A stretch of DNA of 32,000 nucleotides from Trueperaceae bacterium (lineage in GTDB: Bacteria; Deinococcota; Deinococci; Deinococcales; Trueperaceae): the NCBI GenBank assembly GCA_965215565.1, contig CBDCDZ010000004.1, positions 3,655,185-3,687,184 on the forward strand. The letters are read 5' to 3'. Positions within the stretch are counted from its first letter, which is position 1. The number at the start of each line of letters is the position of its first letter. A model generated the notes under the pieces. It was not told the DNA's origin and did no database searches. It worked only from the letters and a program-made list of their open reading frames with translations. Both the position numbers and the translations under genes were made by a program. Positions 8,535-16,996 of the stretch are shown here, piece after piece.

Positions 8535-8801
8535 GTGACCAAGCCTTCCCTCTTCGACCCTGCCGTGCTCGATCAGTTGGAAGGCTTGAACGAGCGCTAC
8601 GCCAAGCTGAGCGCTCGCATTGAAGAGCTGGAGGCCAGGATCGACGCGGGCGTAGCGTTCGACCTGCCGCCCGACACCGCGCAACTCGGCAGCTTGGTAG
8701 ACACGCGACGTAGAGTCGAAGTTACGAAGTTTTCCGAAGGAAAGGAGGCTGTAGCGTTGCTCGAGACGCTCCTCAACGAGTTGAGAGAAGCAGCCCCTTA
8801 G
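8535..8801 (+). CDS. Hypothetical small coiled-coil protein
   Basis: 88-aa ORF with a GTG start, plausible composition and no overlap with neighbours. I recognise no motif. Confidence 0.4.
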   Translation: MTKPSLFDPAVLDQLEGLNERYAKLSARIEELEARIDAGVAFDLPPDTAQLGSLVDTRRRVEVTKFSEGKEAVALLETLLNELREAAP

Positions 8802-8860
8802 TTCTGCTGCCACCTTCCCCAATCGCATCCTATCTAATCGTCTAGTTTAGGGAGGTTCTC

Positions 8861-9547
8861 ATGGCACTTCAAGTCATCGGCGCAGGCACAGGACGCACCG
8901 GCACTATGTCGCTCAAGCTCGCCCTAGAACAACTCGGCTACGGCAGGTGCTATCACATGGTCGAGCTGCTCCAACATCCCGAGGACGTGGTCCACTGGGA
9001 GCGGGCGAATAGGGGCGAGCCGGTGGACTGGGACACGCTCTTCGCAGGCTACCGTGCTACCGTGGATTACCCCGGCTACCTCCACTACAAGACGCTCATG
9101 CAGCGCTACCCTAATGCCAAAGTCATCCTTACCGTGCGCGACCCCGACGCCTGGTATGAAAGTGCTCTCGCGACGATCTACCGTGCCGAGCCCGGTTTGG
9201 CGCAAAAGCTCAAAATGGGCTTAGCCCTCCCTTTCTCCCCGAAGCTCCGCAAGCTCCTGCGCGTGTTCCAGCTCTCGGGCGAGGTTTGGGAGCGGGAGTT
9301 CGAGGGCAGGTTCGAGGACAAGGACTTCGCGGTAGCGAGGTTCGAGCGGCACAACGAAGAGGTCAAGCGCACTGTGCCCGCCGACAAACTTCTCATCTAT
9401 GAGGTCAAGCAGGGGTGGGGACCTCTTTGCGAGTTCCTGGAGGTATCCGTAGCCGACACGCCCTTTCCCCGCTCTAACGACCGACAGGCGTTTCAGGCGC
9501 AGCAGAGGCGGGGATTGCGAGCCTTACTCAGGAATGACATCGCTTAG
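8861..9547 (+). CDS. Sulfotransferase-family protein
   Basis: The N-terminal PAPS-binding-type loop VIGAGTGRTGTMSLKLALEQLGYGRCYHM and the size of about 228 aa are typical of small bacterial sulfotransferase-family proteins. A GGGAGG RBS is present. Confidence 0.65.
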   Translation: MALQVIGAGTGRTGTMSLKLALEQLGYGRCYHMVELLQHPEDVVHWERANRGEPVDWDTLFAGYRATVDYPGYLHYKTLMQRYPNAKVILTVRDPDAWYESALATIYRAEPGLAQKLKMGLALPFSPKLRKLLRVFQLSGEVWEREFEGRFEDKDFAVARFERHNEEVKRTVPADKLLIYEVKQGWGPLCEFLEVSVADTPFPRSNDRQAFQAQQRRGLRALLRNDIA

Positions 9548-9578
9548 CGGAGAGGTTGCTCAAAACCGTTCTTCACAT

Positions 9579-9617
9579 GAAAGAACACCCGCTACTCGGT
9601 GTAGCGGGTGTTCTTTC
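9579..9617. terminator. Perfect 17-bp stem / 5-nt loop hairpin downstream of the sulfotransferase gene
   Basis: GAAAGAACACCCGCTAC (9579-9595) pairs with GTAGCGGGTGTTCTTTC (9601-9617). Confidence 0.7.
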
Positions 9618-9720
9618 GGTTCGAGTCGACATGTGGTGTCATTGTTGCGAGAAGCAACTGTAGAGCGTTGTTCCAACCTCTCATGCTACGGTCGCTGCTA
9701 GTCGATGCCTTCTGGCATTT

Positions 9721-9761
9721 ATACCTAGGCGCTCCGCAAGCAAAGCGGAGCGCCTAGGTAT
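9721..9761. terminator. Perfect 17-bp stem / 7-nt loop hairpin between convergent genes
   Basis: ATACCTAGGCGCTCCGC (9721-9737) pairs with GCGGAGCGCCTAGGTAT (9745-9761). A TTT run follows on the + strand. The hairpin lies 4 nt from the stop of the minus-strand lipoprotein gene. Confidence 0.7.
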
Positions 9762-9764
9762 TTA

Positions 9765-10823
9765 CTATTGGAAGTTGAAAGAATCAGAGGTATTACAGGT
9801 GCCGGTTCTACCTCTATCCGACGCCGTGTGAGTCGTCGACTCCGAGCCGGACACTTCGATGTTCAAGCCTGCAACCCAGTAAGGGATTCTAGGCAGCGCC
9901 GAACCGTAGCGGCTGCTGGTGTAAGTGCCTGTCCGACTGCCCACCTCTTTAACAACGGTTCCTGAAACTGTAACGTTTTTCCGAACGCTGAGGCTCAAGT
10001 CTCCTTTGTTGGGCGTGTATATCCGACCCACATTTCCGGTTCCGGCGAATAAGCCGTATACCGAGGGGTTTCCTGGTAACTTGATCCAGGTGAATTTTGC
10101 CGCGCCGCTTGCGCCCACAACACGTCTGGCCCGGAGCCGTTTTTTGTAGTAGGTATCTACGCAGCTATCGGCGGCTAGCTCAGCTTTGGGGATCAGATAT
10201 TCTTTGATGAAGGAAATCAACCCTTGCGACTCCAAAACCGACGTACTCTCTACTGCGGCTGTAGAGCGCTCGATAGGGCTGTAGGCGACACCTAAATCCC
10301 TATTTGCCTGGGTGCTGAGAGACTCAGGCGTAGCAACAGCGCTCAGGTCGACCTGGGATAGAGAATCGACTGGGATAGCAACAATGTTATCGTCAGTGAC
10401 AAGGTAAACGATGTCCGCGATCTGTACTAGACCCTTCTCGTTTAGAATACTTTGAAGGTAAGGGTCGTGAATGATGGTCCGGGGTAAGAGGTCTTGATCA
10501 GCGAGAGATTCACGCTCCTCTGCACTGAGTTGAGCGAAATCCTCCTCCATAGAGAGGTTTTGCTGCTCAATTGTGTGTCTTTCCGAAGTGTAGCCCATGC
10601 GTTGCTCGAGACTATTCAAGAACGCTTCATCCTGATTGATGAGGCTACCCCAATAGGTTGCGAAGGCGTCGAAATCCGGAAATGTAAGGCGACCGTCGAC
10701 AAGCGACGCTTGAGCGGCAGAGTCGTATTCCTCTGGGGTTTGTACTGAGTTTTGCGTACCACACGCAGTTAAACCCACTGTTACAGACAGTAGTGCGACT
10801 AGTAGTAAGGATGTGCTTTTCAT
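9765..10823 (-). CDS. Lipoprotein of unknown function
   Basis: I prefer the internal ATG at 10823, which is preceded by AGGAGA. The signal peptide carries a lipobox (MKSTSLLLVALLSVTVGLTAC). GC content is lower than in the flanks. Confidence 0.65.
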   Translation of the reverse strand: MKSTSLLLVALLSVTVGLTACGTQNSVQTPEEYDSAAQASLVDGRLTFPDFDAFATYWGSLINQDEAFLNSLEQRMGYTSERHTIEQQNLSMEEDFAQLSAEERESLADQDLLPRTIIHDPYLQSILNEKGLVQIADIVYLVTDDNIVAIPVDSLSQVDLSAVATPESLSTQANRDLGVAYSPIERSTAAVESTSVLESQGLISFIKEYLIPKAELAADSCVDTYYKKRLRARRVVGASGAAKFTWIKLPGNPSVYGLFAGTGNVGRIYTPNKGDLSLSVRKNVTVSGTVVKEVGSRTGTYTSSRYGSALPRIPYWVAGLNIEVSGSESTTHTASDRGRTGTCNTSDSFNFQ

Positions 10824-11253
10824 AATTATCTCCTGTTTGAAAGAACTCGGGTCAGTCAAAGCTGAATCCAACAGACGGGACTTTGGAAACTCAGGGGTGT
10901 GAGTGCCGAATGTTAGATACTCGAACGAATCATGCTTACGGTGCTAAACGTAGCGTTGCTCCAGGCGCTTTGCAGCAAGGTGTCGAAATTTAGGTAGGAT
11001 GTGCCCGCTCTACCTATGCAGCTATGTACCGTGAAGAAAGCTTCCCTGCACCTACCTCCCTTTCTTTAGATTTAGGCTGTAAGCGTTACTAGTAACTTCA
11101 GCGATCAGTTGATCCACTAACAACCTTGACCTAAATCAAAAGCCTTCGAGGGTTCCCGGACGGAGCCACAAATCCTGGAACCTATTTGGAACCAAATACA
11201 AGTAAGGCTGTAGGCAACTTCGTTGAACTTGCGAAGCCGACAAGTAAGAAAGG

Positions 11254-11535
11254 ATGACGACCATGAAATATTTGCGCTTAGTTTGTCTTGGTATCCTCTT
11301 ATTAGGGTTTGGTGCACAGGTCTACGCCGAGCCAGCGCCCCCTTCGCAGGCTCAACACGAGAGCGAAGCGAGCGAGCATACCGACGCCGAAGACGCTTCT
11401 GGGCAGCATGAAGGTGGCTCGGACGAATCTACCGACCCTGAAGACCCAGGTGACTCAGTGGGGATGCCCTGTCCTTCAGGGGTCTGTGACAATAACGGGG
11501 GTGGCGCACGTAATCCGGTCGCTGCCGACCCGTGA
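11254..11535 (+). CDS. Small secreted acidic protein with a Cys pair
   Basis: Predicted signal peptide MTTMKYLRLVCLGILLLGFGAQVYA|EP. The mature part is D/E-rich and contains CPSGVC. Confidence 0.45.
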   Translation: MTTMKYLRLVCLGILLLGFGAQVYAEPAPPSQAQHESEASEHTDAEDASGQHEGGSDESTDPEDPGDSVGMPCPSGVCDNNGGGARNPVAADP

Positions 11536-11597
11536 GCCTCAATTCAGTCCGCAGTTGAGGCGAAGCAGGACGAACCGAGCGCCCAGGCTGGCTTCTT

Positions 11598-11786
11598 ATG
11601 AACACGGTCGGAAAAGCGACGCCGGACGAGCAGGTTACCGAGCAGAGCACTGAGGACGAAGGACACGACGATTCCAAACAAATTCTGAAAGACCTCGAGA
11701 TTGAGAAAGCTAAGGCGAGGGTGAAGGTTGCAGACGTCACCCTCGCCGCTTTAATCAGGCGACAACGCGAGAAAGATGAACCGTAG
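11598..11786 (+). CDS. Hypothetical small charged protein
   Basis: 62-aa ORF that fills the gap before the convergent regulator. No motif recognised. Confidence 0.25.
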   Translation: MNTVGKATPDEQVTEQSTEDEGHDDSKQILKDLEIEKAKARVKVADVTLAALIRRQREKDEP

Positions 11787-11791
11787 GTGCG

Positions 11792-14302
11792 CTAAAGAGC
11801 TAACTCGGCTCTCAACTGCTGAATGCGGCTCAACACAATAGGGGTGCGCGGGTCGCTGGGCGACAGACGTTCCGGCAGCGTCTCCCACAACGCCAAATCG
11901 TCCACCATGACGGTCGAGAGATAGTATTGCGCCTCGAGGTCTCCTGTAGACATTACGGCCTCTCTCAGGGCGCGTTCGAGGAAACCCTGCTCCTCGATGA
12001 GCCGTGGCGACTCCGCTGCCGCCAACAAAGGACCACGGTAAAGCTCTATCGCCTCGGAAATGTCGCCGCGCTTCAAGTGTGAGAGGAGCGCATTGAAATC
12101 GGCCTCGACTTGCCCGCTCAGGCGGTAGGGACGTGTCGAAATCGGAACGTGTTCGCGGAGCCGCGCAAGCAGGGATTTGATACTCGCCGCCGCTGCGTCC
12201 TCGCCGTATAAGTAAGAGGCCAAGCGCTGTCCGCTCAGACCCTCCGGGTAGAGTGCGAGCAGGGCGAGCACCTCGAGTTGGCGGGTGGACAAGGTGAGTA
12301 TTTGACCATCGAGCCGGACTTGCGGCGGTCCGAGGAAGGTCAGCTCGAGGTGCGCCTTACCCTGCTGCGTCCCGGCAACGACCTTCTGAAAGATCGTTGC
12401 GGGACCGACGAGGTAACGCTCGCCGCTCGTGCCGAGCGCACTGAGGTAAGGCTGCACGTCTTCCATCACACGGTGCGCCGTCACCGTGTCGCCGCGCTCG
12501 ACGTAGGTGAAGGCCAAATAGCTACAAGCGCGGGCATAATGTACGGCTTGAATAGGCGACTTGTAATGGTCCACCGTCCGCTGTAGGTAAGGCTCTGCCG
12601 CTGCTGCGTCGCTCAGAGAAAGTGCCATACCGAGGCTGAGGTCGGCTGCCGCGCGGTCTGTGGCAAGGTGCTGTGCGCGTTGCGCCCACTCCAGCGCAGC
12701 TTCGTGCTTGCCGAGTTCGAGCAGTGTACGCACGAGGTTGATGGCGTTCTCGCCGAACTGCGCCCTGTCCAAAGATTGCGCGTTGGCTTCGTAGTAGGGC
12801 AAGGCCCGGTCTGCCTGACCTTGCGACAACCAATAGTCACCCAAGGTCGAGCGGACTAGGGCCGCGAGCCCCGGCACGCTGGAGGCGAGATGGGCCTCTG
12901 CCTCTTCGAGCAGTGTTTCGAGTCCTGCCGTTTTACCCGTTAAAATACGCCCGAACGCCCACTCGTTGGCAGTGACCAACCACCGATAGGTATTTTTCAA
13001 ATCGTGCTTATCGAACAGCTCCAACGCCCACCCCGCCCAGGTCGTCCCCACATCGTAGCGGCCGACTAAAATGTAAGTCGCAGCGAGCGACCAAGCGTTT
13101 CTGACCACAGCGTACCCGTCCTCTTCCGCCTCGGCTTGCTCGACTGCCTCGTGCAAAACCTCGATGGCTCGTTCGGGCGCGTCGTAGTTCAAGGCCAGAC
13201 CATACTCGTAAAGCGTAAAGGAGGTCCGTGCGAGCGCGACCGCACGTTCCGCCTGTGTAAGGTGGGTGTCGCCGCCACTCAAGGGTGCGTAGAACGCACG
13301 CAAACGAGGGGCATCGTGGTGCTGGAGAAAAGTCTCGATACGCGCCAGAAGGGGTGCGACTTGACCGACACGTCGCGCCGCGACCAGGAGCCAAAACAGC
13401 ACGGCTTCGTTCTCTTGGTGCGTTTCGTCTAGCTGATTCAAGTGGCGCCACAACTGCCGATAGAGCCCCTGCGCTAAAAAGTAATTGCCGGACGCCTCGA
13501 GGATGGTGGGCACTTGCTCCGGTTTGAAGCGCACCGACAATTCCAATGCTTCAGACCATCGTTCCGTGTAGAGAAGGCTGGTGAGCACCTCACCGATGCT
13601 CGCTTCCTCCTCGAAGCCTTGTACGTACCAGTAGCCCTTCGCCGTCGGACGTAACGGAACGGGTCCGCCGTAGTGCTGATGGAGGAGCGCGAGAAAAGGC
13701 TCGAGCGCGCTGCGGCTTTCGGCCAGTAGGTCTGCGAGTACTGCGTCCGGAAGATCGGGGCTCAACTCACGTGCGTCGCCTAGCGACAAGGTGAGGGCGT
13801 CGCGGTCGAGGACGAGGCTGTTCGGGTAGGACAGCGGCAGCGCCTCATCGCTCGTCAAGATTAGGGAAGCCGTGCCGAGCGTGTTGCCTACGTCGGCGAC
13901 GAATTGGGGGTAGAGGTCGGCGTAGGAGATCGCGATCTGGAAGGGGTCGAGGGCGTCGCGGCAGCGTTGCAGGACCGATAGCCCGTAGGGGTAGGGCATA
14001 CCGTGCTGGAGGAGCGGACGACCGAGTGCACGGGTGAGCGCGTCGGCGAGACGGTTACCCAAGTAGACGGGGTCGCCCTGATCGTCCGGCTCCAAACTGA
14101 GCCAGGCGAGAGGTCGGTCCTCGGTCGGTAGACGATGGATGATCTGATGACTGCCCCAGGCCGGGTCGCCGGTAAATAAAACGGGCCCCTCGTGGTGCCG
14201 GATGCGCTCGGTATAGCGCGTGAGCCATGTGCTGTCGGCAAGGCGACCTAGAGTGACTGGCGCGGCGGATTCCCCTTGTCCGTACGAGTGTCTGCTATCC
14301 AT
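11792..14302 (-). CDS. Large TPR-containing transcriptional regulator with a C-terminal SARP-type winged helix plus BTAD domain
   Basis: The C-terminus (LELTFLGPPQVRLDGQ...LSTRQLEVLALLALYPEGLS...YRGPLL) fits the OmpR/SARP wHTH plus BTAD pattern. The middle is TPR-like. The N-terminus resembles the MalT/STAND family but has no Walker A. I prefer the start at ATG 14302 (GGGGGAA RBS) because the first 59 codons of the tracked ORF look non-coding. Confidence 0.7.
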   Translation of the reverse strand: MDSRHSYGQGESAAPVTLGRLADSTWLTRYTERIRHHEGPVLFTGDPAWGSHQIIHRLPTEDRPLAWLSLEPDDQGDPVYLGNRLADALTRALGRPLLQHGMPYPYGLSVLQRCRDALDPFQIAISYADLYPQFVADVGNTLGTASLILTSDEALPLSYPNSLVLDRDALTLSLGDARELSPDLPDAVLADLLAESRSALEPFLALLHQHYGGPVPLRPTAKGYWYVQGFEEEASIGEVLTSLLYTERWSEALELSVRFKPEQVPTILEASGNYFLAQGLYRQLWRHLNQLDETHQENEAVLFWLLVAARRVGQVAPLLARIETFLQHHDAPRLRAFYAPLSGGDTHLTQAERAVALARTSFTLYEYGLALNYDAPERAIEVLHEAVEQAEAEEDGYAVVRNAWSLAATYILVGRYDVGTTWAGWALELFDKHDLKNTYRWLVTANEWAFGRILTGKTAGLETLLEEAEAHLASSVPGLAALVRSTLGDYWLSQGQADRALPYYEANAQSLDRAQFGENAINLVRTLLELGKHEAALEWAQRAQHLATDRAAADLSLGMALSLSDAAAAEPYLQRTVDHYKSPIQAVHYARACSYLAFTYVERGDTVTAHRVMEDVQPYLSALGTSGERYLVGPATIFQKVVAGTQQGKAHLELTFLGPPQVRLDGQILTLSTRQLEVLALLALYPEGLSGQRLASYLYGEDAAAASIKSLLARLREHVPISTRPYRLSGQVEADFNALLSHLKRGDISEAIELYRGPLLAAAESPRLIEEQGFLERALREAVMSTGDLEAQYYLSTVMVDDLALWETLPERLSPSDPRTPIVLSRIQQLRAELAL

Positions 14303-14488
14303 ACATTCCCCCAAAGACCGTGCTAGAGCACATGAGTACATGGAAGATACGAGGCTTGCCCTGAATTTCATCTGACTGCAAGCCTGTGGAGGCTGCTTCA
14401 TACGTCTGAAAAAGTATGTTGCGGTTCGCAACAGGTGGACGCAGACACCTGGGCTTGGTCTAAAACCTTGGACACTCAAAGTATACAG

Positions 14489-15461
14489 CTAAGCGGCTAG
14501 GCTCACCTCCTGAGTCTCTTTTCGCTGCTGGGATAGTTCAAAGGTGTCAGGCGTCTCATAGCCGAGCGAGCTGTGCAGCCGCTCGCGGTTGTAGTAGACC
14601 TCGATATATTCGAACACCGCGACGCGGGCGTCATCGCGTGTGGCAAAGCGCTCAATGGGATAAACGAGTTCGCGTTTTAGTGTCGCCCAAAAGCTTTCAA
14701 TGATGGCATTGTCGAAGCAGGCTCCTTTGCCTGTAAAGCTCGGCAGCATCTTGTGCGCTTCGAGTTCGCGCTGATAAGCGTAGGAGGTGTATTGAGAACC
14801 CCTGTCGCCTAGGTGAAGGCTAAGAGCCTTTGAGCTTCGCTCTAACCTTGTGATGAATCAAACCGGGCTGGGGCTTGCGCCGCGTCGTGGCTGAGCATAG
14901 GGCTTGCAGCACGAGGTCAGTCTTCATATTGTCACTCATGGCGTAGCCCACAACGCGCTTAGAGAAGCCGTCAATGACGCCCGCTAGATAAAGCCAGCCC
15001 TCGGCGGTCGGCAGATAGGTAATGTCAACATGCCATACCTGATTGATCGCTGTTGGGCGTGGTTGTTCCAGCAACAGGTTCTGGGTCTCGAGATCACAGC
15101 GCTCATACTTAGTGCGGTGTTTCTTGTGACTCACAGCGTAGAGCCCTTCACGACGCATAAGACGTTTGACTCTGCCTAGCGAACACGAAACCTGCTGCTT
15201 CTTGAGTTCGGCGTGGACACGGGGGCTGCCATATCTGCCCTTATTCTTCTCGAATACCGCTTTGATCTTCTCCAACAGCTCGGCGTTGCGCTTTTCGCAT
15301 TTGCTCGGCTCCCGCTGCTGACGAGCCCGCCAGTGATAGTAGCTGCTCCTAGCCACGCCCAAGACCTTGCACAGCGCCGAGACGGAGAACTCGCTCTGGT
15401 GCGCCTCGATGAACGCGCACTTTAGGTTGTCTGTTTCGCAAAGTAAATGGCGGCCTTTTTT
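14489..15461 (-). pseudogene. IS3-family transposase OrfB (DDE/integrase core), interrupted by a 40-bp insertion
   Basis: It is split into tracked ORFs 14820-15362 and 14489-14749. Deleting 14809-14848 in silico restores the conserved GLIHHSDRGSQYTS motif in one frame. Confidence 0.85.
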
Positions 15462-15745
15462 ACGATCGCCAACTCTGTTTCAAGTCGCTTCACCTCCGCC
15501 TGGAGCCGTTTCAGTTCGGCTTCGTCAGCGGTCGGTTGTGCTCTTTTATGACCCATCACGAGTCGTCCCTCGCGGTATTGTCTACGCCACTTATGGATGT
15601 TCGACTCAGCAATACCCAAGCTCCGTGCCGCCTCGGTGATGCCGTAGCCCTTTTTCTCTACCAGTTCCACCGCATCGATCTTAAACTCCATTGGATACTG
15701 CCGAACCACCCTCTTGCCTTCTGCCATCGTCTTCCTCCTTAGCAA
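15422..15745 (-). CDS. IS3-family transposase OrfA (HTH)
   Basis: Typical IS3 OrfA sequence: YPMEFKIDAVELVEKKGYGITEAARSLGIAESNIHKWRRQY followed by a leucine-zipper-like C-terminus. Confidence 0.9.
   Translation of the reverse strand: MLRRKTMAEGKRVVRQYPMEFKIDAVELVEKKGYGITEAARSLGIAESNIHKWRRQYREGRLVMGHKRAQPTADEAELKRLQAEVKRLETELAIVKKAAIYFAKQTT
15455..15461 (-). promoter_or_regulatory. Programmed -1 frameshift heptamer AAAAAAG of the IS3 element
   Basis: The minus strand reads GTA AAA AAG GCC. The -1 frame continues as ...FIEAHQSEFSVSALCKVLGVARSSYYHW (OrfB). Confidence 0.75.
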
Positions 15746-15783
15746 AGTCTATTCCTACTAACTTTGTCCAAGGTAGTGGGCCA

Positions 15784-16080
15784 ATGCCAACCTTAGCAAG
15801 CGAAGGTGCTCGAGGAATAGTACGTAAAATCACAAAGAGATGTACTTTAACGTTTGATGAACGCTCAACGGGAGTTGACGAGGAGAGGCTGCGAAAGCGA
15901 ACACTCGCCCGTTCGTTGTCTGGATTGAAGGGGGTCGAGGCTCTCCTCGACGACGCTTTCAAAGCGCTCTATCCGGACACACTTTTCCTTCGTAAAGACG
16001 AATTTTGCGGAGGTTGCCCGGAGACGAAATCGCTCAACGCCAACCCTTTAGCGACCACTGAGAAAGCCGCCAGGTCTTGA
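15784..16080 (+). CDS. Hypothetical protein, or a gene remnant next to the IS end
   Basis: The ORF begins just outside the IS terminus, with an ATG at 15784. A 10-bp stem (16060-16069 with 16091-16100) spans its stop. No motif recognised. Confidence 0.25.
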   Translation: MPTLASEGARGIVRKITKRCTLTFDERSTGVDEERLRKRTLARSLSGLKGVEALLDDAFKALYPDTLFLRKDEFCGGCPETKSLNANPLATTEKAARS

Positions 16081-16396
16081 ACCGATCCGACGGCTTTCTC
16101 TCGTTGTAGTTCCCCCGGCGGAGCACTCTTATTTTAACGCCGTCGTCATATCGAGAACAGGTGTGTACGGACTAGCTAATTCGGGGTTGGAGAACCTACA
16201 AAGAAAAAGCTCGAGGGGACCTCCAACCGGGGGGCGGGATGTAGAAGGTACGGTCCTCGAGACTTTCCTCAGCCTAGCCGCTCTCGGTCCCTCCGAATGA
16301 GCCATTGCGTTACCGAACGTCACTGTGAAAAGGTTCACTCTTTCCGCCGAGGTGTAACAAATAATCGGAGTAGAGCACAGATTTACTTGCTTTCAC

Positions 16397-16690
16397 ATGT
16401 CTATAATTGTAAACAAAAGTATGATGCTAAAGGTGAAAAAGTCGAGTAAGCGCACCTCTTACGAACGGGCATTCTTTCGAGCAGTAGGTGCACGCATAGA
16501 GCTGTTCAGGTTGCGGCGCGGGCTGAGCTTGGAGGAAGTTGCTGCCCATACAGTGCATCCGCCCGAGTGGCTGAAGGGGCTCGAGGCGGGAGTGGAGGAA
16601 CCGAGGCTCGACGACCTATTCGGCATCGCCAAGGCGTTAGGCACCGACCCCAGCGAACTCGTGAGGGTGGAGCCGAAGGTGTTTTCTTGA
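16397..16690 (+). CDS. XRE/Cro-C1-family helix-turn-helix regulator
   Basis: HTH_3 pattern: IELFRLRRGLSLEEVAAHT...LKGLEAG...PRLDDLFGIAKALG. The start is ambiguous: a TATAAT at 16402-16407 would favour ATG 16421. Confidence 0.7.
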   Translation: MSIIVNKSMMLKVKKSSKRTSYERAFFRAVGARIELFRLRRGLSLEEVAAHTVHPPEWLKGLEAGVEEPRLDDLFGIAKALGTDPSELVRVEPKVFS

Positions 16691-16740
16691 TACGGTCAGC
16701 TCTCACGGCAGCATAGGGGAACGTGTGACACGATGAGGGC

Positions 16741-16980
16741 ATGTCAGGACGCCGCAAGGACCCGGAATACCAGGCTTACAACCGCAAGGTCGGGGAGAGG
16801 ATCAAGGAGCTGAGGCGGGATAAGAACCTCTCTCAGGAGGAGTTTGCTGCCGAGGTCGGACTCAGCCGCTCGTACCTGAGTTTGCTGGAGACGGCTAAGC
16901 AGGACCCGTCGCTCTCGACGCTCTTTAGGGTGGCGAAGGTTTTGGGGTTGAGTGTGAGTGAGTTGCTCGAGGTGGAGTAG
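16741..16980 (+). CDS. XRE/Cro-C1-family helix-turn-helix regulator
   Basis: Canonical pattern: IKELRRDKNLSQEEFAAEVGLSRSYLSLLETAKQDPSLSTLFRVAKVLG. Confidence 0.85.
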   Translation: MSGRRKDPEYQAYNRKVGERIKELRRDKNLSQEEFAAEVGLSRSYLSLLETAKQDPSLSTLFRVAKVLGLSVSELLEVE

Positions 16981-16996
16981 CGTCACCAGAAACTCT

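Larger units (their letters stand above)
14469..15770 (-). mobile_element. IS3-family insertion sequence (orfA/orfB with an A6G slippery site), orfB inactivated
   Basis: The imperfect terminal inverted repeats begin TGGACA (14469-14474) and TGTCCA (15765-15770). Both orfA and orfB are present. The length of about 1.3 kb is typical for the family. Confidence 0.85.

Noticed and set aside
10222-10232. 11-nt match (CCTTGCGACTC) to the second 20-bp end repeat, inside the lipoprotein gene.
   Set aside because: It is a single partial match lacking the ACAATAAT half and lies inside coding sequence. I judge it compatible with chance in a 32-kb window.
12278-14241. Several 75-150-aa ORFs on both strands inside the SARP/TPR regulator gene, plus the first 59 codons of the tracked 895-aa ORF.
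   Set aside because: They are alternative-frame artefacts of a GC-rich gene. The N-terminal extension has junk-like composition, and a better RBS and ATG lie at 14302.
16129-16338. 69-aa minus-strand ORF between the IS remnant region and the XRE genes.
   Set aside because: It has no RBS or motif and is Pro/Arg/Ser-rich, so it is probably non-coding. An ACAAATAATCGG sequence at 16358-16369 resembles the end-repeat core only partially.
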